Shown here one piece after another: positions 39,101 to 51,100 of a stretch of DNA of 64,000 bases. Origin of the DNA: Ptychomitrium polyphyllum (lineage: Eukaryota); the NCBI GenBank assembly GCA_973851085.1, contig OZ316775.1:10230001-10294000 (forward strand), in the 5' to 3' direction. How positions within the stretch are numbered: the stretch's first letter is position 1; the number at the start of each line of letters is the position of its first letter. The translations under genes were made by a program, and so were the position numbers. The notes under the pieces were generated by a model. The model was given only the letters and a program-made list of their open reading frames with translations, did not search any database and was not told where the DNA came from.

Positions 39101-41178
39101 GTACTCAGCGAGTCGCACCCTTCCACGATGAACACCTTGTAACGCCCCACGGGCTCGAAGCTCCCCATCATGGCCCTTACGGTCGCCAGATCCGCATTCG
39201 AAGCTGCATCGATCTCTCGCACGTCCCCACTCCGGTTGAACGCCATGGTTCCACATTCTCGACATATCCCGCAGGGACGACGGGCGTAGTCCAACAACTC
39301 GCAGTTCAACCCCGCCGCAAATACTCTTGCGGTCGAGGTCTTGCCCGTCCCGCGAGGACCGATGAAGAGATACACGGGCGCCACTTTCCCTTTTATGATC
39401 GCAGTGGACAAGGACTTCACCACTACGGCTTGCCCAACAATCTCCCGAAAATTCCTCGGCCTGTACTTCTGCGTCAAGGTGCGAGGGCCCTCGGGCGGTG
39501 GCGTTGCGAGCCCCTCTTTCGGCCTGCTCGTGGAGGCGGGATCGACCACAGGCACATCCTTGACAGCGTTTTGAAGCGAGACTTTCCGCCTGGATGTAAC
39601 TTTCTGCAGCACTTCACGGGGTCGTCCTGTCTCGATTGAGTAGCCTGCGAAGTCACTGTCGTGTGCATCCTCGCCGATGATGAGCGGGAGCGCATTCGCG
39701 TCGGAATCGAGCGAGGAGATAGACTGCACCGGCCGGTTTTCCTCAGCCATCATGGAAGCTTCCAAGCCATGTCGCCTCGTGGATTGTGGAATTGCCAACC
39801 CTGTCAGATCGAGAAATGTTTTGTCACCGTATTTGTGAACCCGCGACCAATCCCACTGAATGCCACATCCGTTCTGCGGAGGAAGTTCTGAGACGTCGAG
39901 CTCGTCGTCCGCAATGGCACTCGGGGGAACTACGCCTTGGTTCACGCCCACAGAGTTTCGGCTCCGAGGACGAGCTACATTCACGTTCCTGTCTTTCGTT
40001 CCTTTGCTACTGGGCTTCGTCTTCCGACCGCGAGGATTGCGAAGCTTTCTGAGCTCCTCCGTCCCACGCGACAATGAAGCCAAGTGCAATGGCGACGCGG
40101 GATTCAGCGTCGCGGACTGTGGTTGCGTCATTTCGCGCTTTATGGGGCTGATTTCGTCTTCATCGGTCTCGAACAAGCTTTCCCCGTGGTTGCTACTGCG
40201 TCGCTCTTCGTCGTCCACATTGCCAAGAAGGTTAAGTGTACTCCGACCACTACCATAATGATTTCCCAGGAGCTGCGAAAGGGACGAGATTGACGAGCCG
40301 CGCTCCTCGATCACTCTTCTCGCGAGCTCTTCTCGTCTCGCAGGCCCTTCTTCCCATCTCTCATCAGAGCGCAGGATCTCAGTGTCGACATTACTCTTCT
40401 CCGAAACGCCTCTCTGTATCCGCCCCCGCTCTTTCAATTCCTTGATAAGCCCCTCCTTCCTTAACTCCCCAGAGAGCGTGTTCGTTGTGGATCCATCCTG
40501 AAACGCTTGCTCAATTCGCTTGATCCTGTCCCTGACATCCACTTTCAAGGGTACTTCCACAAACCCCTCGCCATTGCCCCGCTCGTTGGAGGTCATCTTC
40601 TTCCCGCCTCGCTGCTTCGGCAGATTTTCTACGCGAATGACCTTCTCCCCTCGGGTGCGCTCAGGTCGTGAAACGCGAATAACCTTCTCCCCTCGGGTTC
40701 GCTCAGGTCGTGAAACGCGGCTGGTGGAGTCATCGCTTGCATAAGACTCTTTGGCGAAATTGGCGAGTTTTCCAGAGAGCTCGATAGCGAGCGCTTGTGC
40801 ATCGCGGTGGGGATCGCCAATAAAGGTCTTGACGTTTTTAGTGTGGCCACGCCCTGCTGAGCTACCGGCGGAGGACACGGTGACGGAACCCGAGCTCGTG
40901 TCTGGGTCTCGCAGAGTGCGGATCTTCTGGAGCGCTGTCACCTCCCTCAGAAGAGGGAGCTGGAGTGTTGCCCGCCGAGCATCCAACATCAGACCCTCGG
41001 TGCCGCCGGGGTGCTGGCTCTGCAAGTGCAAGTGTCGTCTGATGTGAATACTGTTTGTCAAATGCACATGCTTCTCTCCGTGAAACTTCGAACTGGCACT
41101 CTTTTCTCTCTCTGCGTCGCTGGTCGCCAATCCCTCGGAATCACTCACAACGCCCTTGCCATGAGGCCTTTGGCTCAT
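36199..41178 (-). CDS. STI: STICHEL-like protein (DNA polymerase III gamma/tau, clamp-loader AAA+ related), about 1401 aa
   Basis: Exons 41178-38562, 38450-37845, 37742-36965, 36574-36496, 36324-36199, phase-consistent. Motifs LTQKYRPRNFREIVGQ, Walker A GPRGTGKT, Zn motif LNC...PCGICREC, SRC, GSLRDAE, LRQALKVLSESEKQLR...TWLTAALLQ and an STI-type C-terminus (SLRCWK; LLLRMVPC). Confidence 0.92.
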
Positions 41179-43828
41179 ACTCAAGAAGAAAATACAAATC
41201 ACAAAACACACACTTGAGGAAACAGGACAAGATGATCACGAAGACGTACTCACAGAAAAACAATTCTCGCACAGTCTCGCCCCAGCTCCTCGCTCGCTCA
41301 ACACGAAGAAAATCCAATCCTCACTGAATTAAAGACCTAAAGCTGGCAGAAGCGCCACGCCAATTGTACACATTCATTACACCCCATCCCCGACATCAAT
41401 CTGCACCCTCCCTGCTGCAAAAATCTGCCATTTAGCGCTTGCAAGCTTCACACTGGCACATTCCCCAGCTGAAAATGACTTCACCAGCAGCAACAAAGCT
41501 CATATTCATCATTGCTTTCTCGATTTCAAAGGTTCACCGAGTGGCGGGATTCACCAAGTGTGGAGTTCATGGCTTCTTCCACTATCAAGCTCTAAACCAT
41601 ATCTGCGGCCATGGTGAGACCCGGAAGGCGTACAACATCAGATCACCCACATTTGCTCACTCATGCCACAAAATTGGGCTTAAAACGCCCAAATCCTACC
41701 CAAAACCCAAACGCGCAGAGTACTGCCCAACTACCCTGTTGCGATCGTATTCTTCACACGTCAAGCTAGAGCATGGAGGAGTGTGCCGCTGCCGTCTGGT
41801 AGACAAGAATGTTCGCCTAAGAAAAAGTCAACAGGTGACGTTCTCCATCTCTCGTCGACGGGTTGCTTGGCAGCATGAGTAACTCACGTCGATCAGCTAC
41901 ACTTGCGGCTCACTCAACAGCTCGTATTCGTCCAAGCAGCAGCACAATCCTCGCATCGCTACAAACACGCCCCTACAAACTGGGTCTCTTCTCCGTCGCA
42001 AAACCCTGAGACCATCGAATCTATGTCAACAAGGTTGAAACCAAGCTGGCCATGCTTCCGAAGCGAGACGGAAGGGAGAGAGAAGAATCCGCAAGCCGAC
42101 AACTTGACGACCGGTTGGCAGGACAACGAGTAATTAATGCAAAGGCTGCATGACGGTTTCGGCGGTACTGTCATAATCCAAAAGAGGACCCCAAAGGCGA
42201 ATAAAAGGCACTATGAGTCGACCCAGCTAGCTGTGTTGGTTTAGTGAAAGCTCCAGAGGAAGACTTCGTCGTCGCAACTTGCTTGCCAATAAGAGCTGGT
42301 TGCAACGTCACCACTAAAAACGAGTCCTAAAGAGACGAGACCAGGTCAATCACCAAACAAACACGTCTCTTCTCATGAAACTCACTGGTTCACGGCCATC
42401 AATGTGGTGGACACCAACCCAGGGTTTCTTGTTGGACGCTGATCAAGCGTTAAAATTCGCAGCAAGAAGAAGCACTCATCAGTCGAAGAGAATATCAAAA
42501 ACCCCTCCTGAGCACACAATTCAGGCTCATGTCCAGAAAATACAAAACTTTCGAGAACTACTAGCTGTTGCAAGGTAAAACTACTACTGCGCATGTTCTT
42601 CAAGCACCAACTCCACCACTACCATGGTTTTGGTTGGACTCTTCTAACCATTATTCTACATGAAAACACAGGATGCCAGATACTCCCCCAAAACTATCAC
42701 AATAACCACGCAGCCCGCCAGCCATTACTGCGATCCACTACAATGCAAAAGTTCCACCACACCATGAAGTCAGGCGCCGGCCAAAGAAATCAACACGCTC
42801 CCCAACATCACTTAACCCCACCAGTACTCACAACCAGCCCTCATAAAAGCCATCGGCGTCACACTCACCACCACCAACTACACATATGATCAGGAAGTCC
42901 AAAGAAGACAACCACAAGGCCACTCGTGATTGAAACCTTCCTCGAATCCAACACTGCTTGCAGCGCCACCCAACCCACCTGAGCAGTACTCGACGGTGCA
43001 ACACCACGCCGACATGGATGGCCGCGTCTTGGCTCCTCCGCTGCTACGTTGCTGCACCACGAAGATAAGAAAGAAGGCGCCAGGCAAGTGGTTCTTCAGC
43101 GTCGGATGGATCACTCCCACTGCCCGCCATGACTAGTGAGCCAAAGCAGGAGGTTGACATGTGAAGCTGAGCGATAGATCGACACCGAAAAGCCAAACCC
43201 ACCAGCGTAGTGTCTCGAGATCGCTTCCAGAGCCTCACGTCCTCCACTTCCGGGAAGTAGGCAGGCTCCACAAACTCTTCATTTGACATGAGAGTCCTTG
43301 CTTTGATTTTCGCACTCTCAGCCTGGTGTGCTGTCCCTCTTTATATTTATTTCTGGCTCTCCGGATGCTGGCACAAACGAATACTTTCTCGATCTGGCTC
43401 TTGGCGCCATTTCTGTTTTCTCATGTGCATGTTCGCCCACTTGGGTGACACTGCTTACCTCTTCTATTGACGTCTTAATTGAATAGTTTAGTGTTTCATT
43501 GGGTATTGGTTGATTTAATGATTATTGTACAGTAAGACTTACTAATGTGAACTAGTCATGCTTTAGCGGGGTTGCGGGAATATAGGACCAGGCAAGGCTG
43601 GATTAATGAGCGAATAGTGAGGAGGATTTTGTTGTCTCTACCCTTCCAGGGTGAGACATAGACTGAATGCAGATGTTTTGATCTTCGTGCCAATCTTGTA
43701 TGGGCCCTGGGCCCTCCTACATGAGTCATCATTCTTAATGGCCATTCTTTGTAAAATACATGATGATGGTATAATTTATTTAATTCCTGAATTTATATGA
43801 TTATGGTTGACAATTTCAAATAGAATCC

Positions 43829-43964
43829 TATACTGATTACTGGACTATATTGATTACTGGATTATACTGATTACTGTATTATACTGATTACTGGTGTATA
43901 CTGATTACTGGTGTATACTGATTACTGGTGTATAATGATTACTGATGTATACTGATTACTGATT
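43829..43964. repeat. Minisatellite, 8 x 17 bp (TATACTGATTACTGGTG consensus)
   Basis: Read directly; three identical central units at 43880-43930. Confidence 0.95.
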
Positions 43965-46900
43965 ATTGGACTATAGACAATTGCATTTTTGAAAATTGTA
44001 CATAAAATAGAATCTAGATCATTAATAATATATAGTTTTTCAAATTACATGAATACATATTTTATATATTGATAATCACAAAAGTATTGTACACCGGTTA
44101 AAGAAAGACAATTAATTTTAAGGATGGGCATGTAAATAATAGAATCTTATATCAAAAAATATTGATTCGCTTTAAGAAAGTTTGTAAATTTATATTTTGA
44201 GAATGTACATTTCTCATAATCACAAAAATGTACAAAAAATAAAACGTCTCATTTATTCTTATTTTTATATGAAAGGCATATGAGACAAATTAAGGAAGAA
44301 AAATGGTTTAGAAGAAGAGGAAGAAGAAAGGAAAAGATGGTCTAATTGGAAGAATGAAGATGATTTGCAAAAGAAGAAGTAAAAAAAGAATACAAAGAAG
44401 GAAAGAAGAATATATATCAAATAAGAAAATAGGACTTTGAAGGAAAAAAGGTTGGAGGGAAGGAAGAGTGGAATAAAGATGAGATAAATATTGATTGAAC
44501 ATTCTTGTTCATGGAATTTTTAAATAGTGGAAAAATGGGTGTTTGGAAAAATGAAATGATTTTTAAAATTGATGCAAATTAGTTTGAATTCATGAGCAAA
44601 TGCCATACCTATTCCATTAATTCTAAAAACTTTAATTCCATTGCTAAGTATAAATAGGGAATAATATCCAATCCTTAATCAAATAAAGTTGTTTTGATAA
44701 TTTAAGATATTTCATTTTTGGACTCACCTTTACTTTTTTTCAAATGTAAAATTTTTAATTTTTCTATATTTCAAATATTCACATTTTTTTCCATTCCAAA
44801 CTTTTATTAAAATTATTTAATATTCCAAAAATATGATGTTCTTGCTTTTCTAAAAGAATGGAATGTTATACTTACACATCTTGCTAATTATTATACAAAA
44901 GATTACAATACAACTTTGTTCAAAATTACATTAATAATAATTGCTAATTTGATGAATTATTTGTTGTATCAAATTATAAAATTCAAAGATTAAACTCTAA
45001 AAACTTACATAATATTCTTAAAATGTTATCTTATTCATAACAATGACATTTCTTCATATTACAAACAATACAAAATATTATGTTTTGTCTTTATAGCGTC
45101 CAAAACCACAAAATATCTATTAAAAAACTTAGTTGGATGTAATAAACACTAATGAATTTTTGGCAATTCAAAGATGTTTTTATTGTTATACTTAATAAAA
45201 TAATTTTTAAGGTTTTCTAAATACTTGGTACTCATATGGTCATTGTACTATGTCTCCACTTAATTACATTAGTAGTTTGAGGAATTTTGAAGGATATTAT
45301 TAGCTAATTGAATCAAATTGAATCAAATTGAATCAAATTTTACCTTGTAAATCAACAATTTATAATTTAAAAAATATAAAGGCCTTCTAAAATCTCCACT
45401 TACAAATACTATTATTACTTTTGTTAATTTCAAAACTTTTAATTTAAAAAGATGGCAAGAAGTGGATTATATAAAAATATTGATATAATTTGATTTAATT
45501 AGTTAAAAATATTCTTTAGACTTTTCTTGAAATTGATTGTTGATGTATAAGGAGAAAATACATATATAAAATTGAATGTGCAAATTTCACATTGTTGAAG
45601 TAATAAAATAATTGCATATAATATATTTGATATGGAAGGCATTGCACATTTAAAACTTGACTACCTTCTCATTTTATTCCATAAACTAAGCTGTTTAATA
45701 GTTTAAGAATTGCTCCATTTATCACATAGATTCAATGCTTTTGTATTGTTATTGCACAAATTAAATGCTTAACTTTGAATTCCATATTGTTTTTAATCAA
45801 AATTTTCTAGAATCTTTTTAATTACAATTATGATTTGTTCAAATATTGGTTGAAAATTCTTGACCTTTAATTACTTATCATATAAATAAATCATCATAAA
45901 AAATTGTAAAATTCTTTTTGTCCATAGAATTTATTTTTTATAATATTTTAGAAAATTTTAATAATATGACTAATTAAGATTTTCAAATTCTTTTGTAAGG
46001 CTTTATATCCTATTCCATTATCTATAAGAAAATAATTTGATTACGCATGACAAAATAATCAATTGCTTATGTATTATCTACTATTAAGGCTACTAAAGGT
46101 TAAAAAATCAAAATTAATGCTTTCTTATTTAAAAAGAAATATAACAATAAAGCAAAAAAAATATTATAATAATATAAAACTAACCAAACCATTGCAATTA
46201 TAAAAAGATCAATAATAAAATATATGAATGGTACAAACCTCTTATATTTTTGTTTATTTGCATAATTATTCTTTTAAGTTTTTTTAAAATTATACATGGA
46301 TGTATTGTATTTAATGTAAAAGCATAGAAGAGGTTTTAGAACTTATAATTACAAGGTTTCAATTATATATAACTTATAAGAGTTATCATCAATGATATAC
46401 AAAATGACATTTCATTAAAGACTTGGTAAATGCCAAATACATGTTTTTAACCCATTTGATGCAAAATGGGGTAAAATATGGATGAAGAATGGTGCTAATG
46501 TAATTCAACATAAATGGACTCATGAAATGGTGGTCATGAAATGGAAGTCAAATTTGCATTACAATTTTGAAAAAACCCATGTAAAAGTCATAGACTTCTA
46601 TATAGTGGTTTTTAATAGAAAGTTGAGTTTTTAAGTGATATTTACTAATTCTTGTTTTGGTGGTAGTATGGATAGGCTTATTGGTTGCCTTTTGGTCTTT
46701 TCAATGATTTTTTTAAAGCTTATACTTCATGCCTTTTAATTTTAAATTTTAAATTTATATTATTTATCTTCATTTAATACGTATTTTCGCATTTATATTG
46801 AAATTTTATGTTTTTAAATTCTTATTATAAATATTGAAAGTTTTAATGTAAATCTTTAGACAACTATCTATTATACACTTATGGTAATCGAATGTATTAT

Positions 46901-47403
46901 TGTAATGCTTTAGGGAGCCTATTGATTGGAACAAAACTTTTTTCTACTTGCAATTGCTTTCCTAGCAATTGCCAAGCCACTACATATTGACACTTGCTCA
47001 TATGAGTCCACCATGATTTTAATTTAGACTAGATGTATGGAATACACAATCTCCCCCAATGAACATTGGACTCATGACTACGCCACCACCACATAAAAGG
47101 TCAAACAAACTTATACATATCTATATCTAAAATATGTTTTAATGATTTTTAGTTCCTCAAATATTAGAGTACCCTAATGATAAAAAAAACCATTTACTTT
47201 TGAAAGAAGTAGTAATTGTATTCCATTATCTAGATTCATGTCCGCTAAACATAAATGTAAGGGTGGAGCAAACGGACACTTCATCCACATTGGCCCCTTT
47301 GAGAACCGAGTCCTTCTAATATTATTATACATCAGCTCAGGCAAATGTTTACTGTTGATAGCGAAGGTGCTAAGCTTGTATGATACATTTCCTTATCACA
47401 AAT

Positions 47404-47974
47404 TGTTAGGGACACAAGAAACAAGAAGCAGAAACGAAGTGTTTCCCAAGAATTAGCTTCCAAAGAGCTAATGATTAACAAGAAGTTGATACAAAGACTA
47501 GAACAAGGTAGGATTCAAGATGATCTACAACTTGTGTTGGCAAGACTAAGGAATACCTTGTCTTGCCTCCTATTTATACTAGGACGTTTGTATCTCCTAT
47601 GATACTTCTAAAGAAGCTTCCTACAAGGCTTAAGAATGTTCTGGAAGTCTAGGGAACCTTCCCAAGCAGTTTCCTAAGATGTTGGAACCTTCCTAAGTAG
47701 CTTCTAAGGAATTGGAACCTTCTTTGGAAGCTTCCAAGGAGTTGGAACCTTCCTTGGAAGTTTCTTAAGGTAGCGGAATCTTCTTAGGAAGTTTCCTGAA
47801 GAGGTAGAACCTTCCTAGGAAGTTTCCTAAGGTGGAGGAACTTTCCTGGGAAGCTTCCTAAAAACATAAAAAAGGCTATGGAGACATCTAAAAGTATTCT
47901 AAGAAACTATTCTAGTATACTAGAAGGTTCTAGAATATTCTAAGGACTATGTTGCATGATTTATGTCCGTGACA
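47404..47974 (-). mobile_element. Solo LTR (571 bp) of the same gypsy family
   Basis: TG...CA termini with TGT/ACA inverted ends. Perfect 5-bp TSD CAAAT (47399-47403 / 47975-47979). TATAAAT on the minus strand at 47572-47578 and internal sub-repeats of about 30 bp. Confidence 0.93.
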
Positions 47975-48137
47975 CAAATTGTCCTTCGTAAGCATGGCAA
48001 GGCAACTTGGCCACTGACAATAAAAGCAAACATGGGCCTAATTGGTGATTGAAGTTAGCTTGGAGTTGGCCTTGGATGCAGACTAGCAAGCCTTAGCTGT
48101 TACATAGGATTCAACATTCTCAAGTTTCCACTACACT

Positions 48138-48189
48138 GGAAACCAGTGGAAACCACAGGAAACCAGTGGAAACCACAGGAAACCACAGG
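48138..48189. repeat. Tandem repeat, 5 x 10 bp (GGAAACCAGT/GGAAACCACA)
   Basis: Read directly from the sequence. Confidence 0.9.
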
Positions 48190-51100
48190 TGATCCAAAAT
48201 GCATTGTTTTATGCTTTTGTTTGTATCTCATCCAATAGCATTTTTTATAGCTCTTCTATCAAAACGAGTACTGAATTGGGAAGGACATTGTTGTAAGAAG
48301 GAAATGTTGTAGTAAAAGTATGTAAAATAAATTACTGATACGACTTTGGCCGTATTGGGTTTCTTTTGGCTTGTAATCTCTTTATTTGATTTTTCCTGAA
48401 TACATAATCTTGTGCAATTACTGTAAACCACATTCATATCAATAATACCCAAATGTGTGCTTGTATTCATCCAATATAGGATAATTTCTCAAGTTGTTAC
48501 TTGCAAGAAAAATACTTCTAGTAAATATCATAAATCTTTACTTAAATAATGTGATGCTTTTGTAAAATTATACTTCAATAAATACTTTGTTGTTTTGTAC
48601 ATATAATCGCTTTTGTAAAGCATAACATCATTTCATTTTTTGGCATATGAGAGATTTATGCTAAATTTTCATCTTCGGTAAAAAGACAAGATATTTTTGG
48701 TAAAATGCCTTAGCAATAAATACATATTAAAGCTAAAATAAAAAATACAGCTAATAATTTGTACAAAATTAGTTTCTTTGAATCATTTAAATTCAAAACT
48801 TTGAATAAATAAGAATATTTTTTATTTTATTGTTGTAGGTCATTTAATAAATGGATGTATTTAAATCAAATTTATGTCAAATAATGAATACTCATGTTTG
48901 ATAGATTCCCCATGCATCAATCATTTTTCAAATATAAATAGGCAAATATAAAATGGTATAATATTTTAAAAGATTATATCATGATAAAATACAAACATAC
49001 AATCTTAATAATAATTTAAAAAAAAGAAATGTTATATTTATTTAGTTCTATTAAAAAATTTAATGGTCATATTATACAATTCAATGTAAGACAAATAAAC
49101 TTTATTTTAATTAAATCACTATATTATCTTCATTTTGTAGCTTTGGATATTCATTACAATTCAATTAATTTATTTTCTTACTATTCTTTTTGCATTTGCT
49201 TTGATTTGTTCTTATCAGTTTGTTGATGTTTGTATACCGTTAATATGATATTTATAAATATGTACAATAAAAATAACAACACATTTAGATGGTCAAACTT
49301 TTTAAAAGCTTCAACATATTATAGAATCTATATATCACAATATCATAAGGAGAATTAAATGTAGAACTCTTTTGTAATTGCGTGGTTTAAAAAAATAAAT
49401 TAATAGCTAGTATGGCTCATTTTTGCATTATAATATGAAAAGAAAACAAAAAATTGAAGTACATACAGGTGCTAATAGGTGAATACATTGAAACCTTTGT
49501 AACTTTTATTACATAAGAATAAGGATGTTGTAGATTTTAATGATATTACAACATTATAGCAATAATAGAGTAAAATTAATAAAAAAGTAAATACTTTGAA
49601 ATGTAACAGTTATATGATTTAAATGAGTTTTTTTATAACACTTATAAAATATCATTTTGTATTATTGAGATTGACACTTAATCTACTTTAATAACTAAAA
49701 TAAAAGTCTATTATTATTAAATGTCATATTTGAATACAAAGAAATTGAAATTTTTTTATAAAAAAGACAAGTGTTGTCTTAAATACATTCAACTTAGTTT
49801 AGTACTATTATTGAATTAAAAAGAAGATAAATGTTGCGATGTGTGCTTAAAATAATGAAACATAAAGAACAATCATTCTACTAGTTTATGAATCTCCATC
49901 TTCAATGATTTTAGAAGCCACAAAATTCCAAAACACATTTAAAAATATATTCTCTAATAAGAATGAAGACGATTGGTCTCAAACTCTAAGGTAGATGAAC
50001 TCTCGTACAGTCTTTGATACATACTGTTCATTAATTAGCTTCTATTCTAAATTACATCCATAACAACAATTATGCAGCAAAATTCCTATTAAACAAGTTA
50101 GTTGTTACTGATAGGATAATCAGATAACATCTACCTTCTCTATTCCAAAAATCTAGGTGCAAAAGAACACTTCCGGAGAGTTAAAAAAAAAAATGTAGAA
50201 GCTTACATTGCTCCATAGTAACATGTCGCCTTGAATGAAAGACTGAGTAATAGTAACATTCAGAACAAGTTGAAGTTGAATACATGGTTGTAAGCTATGG
50301 TGTTGAGTCACTTGCAGAGTTGTAGGGAAGACTCAGTTTCTAGCTGACTGGATTCATTAGGTGGCCCCTGGAGCGTCTTGAAACTTTCCAATAAGTGTGT
50401 CTCCTGGAGAATCTGGACGTTGAAGTAACCCAAGGACCTTGCGCTGAGGTGGATTCAACAACAGTGCCAAAGAGGCCTCTCTGCAGCTGTGAGTACCCCT
50501 AGTGTTAAAGAGGGTGACGTGACGACGATGCTTGGACGAAAGCACTTGGCGTTCATCTACGGAGCATAGGATTCCAGTGAAAATGGAAGCCGAAAATGAT
50601 GGGCAACCGCTTTGCTCGGTGATTGCACACCTTACAATTATAAATTACAGTGTGAGCTATTTGCCACATCCCGTGCCAGCATCATAGTACTGATTATAAG
50701 CAGGTAAATAATCCCATTCTTTAACTTCGTTCGCTGTACAGGAAGGTCGTATGCAGCATAATCCAATAAAGTGTAAACTTCTCTCAGGCCTTGTTGTCAT
50801 GGAACAAAGCATTTTTGAAGTTTTCTATGAGCAAATGTTGCATGTGAGTACAGTAACTGCACTCATTCCTCTGAACAGGTCAATCATAGGGCAGGCTAGG
50901 CTTTTTGTGCTATTAGCTTCTTTATGAATTGCATTCAAGTTACAAAGTAGCCTAGCTTATTGTAGTTATACCATGTGGACAAATCTCTGTGGTAGTGTTG
51001 GTCCAGAAGATTCCACCATGGAGGGCATTGAATGCATGAGGTTCTTTGTTGGTCACCTCAGAATAAAGGCACTAAGCCTCAAGCTTCTTAAATTAGAATG

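Noticed and set aside
38813..41327. Numerous plus-strand ORFs over the STICHEL-like exon
   Set aside because: Antisense shadows of a GC-rich coding exon.
43829..43964. CRISPR-like array
   Set aside because: Units are directly adjacent with no unique spacers, the context is eukaryotic and there are no cas genes.
44000..50100. AT-rich region as a Helitron, DNA transposon or endogenous virus
   Set aside because: No interpretable ORF or terminal structure apart from the solo LTR and the short 10-bp array.
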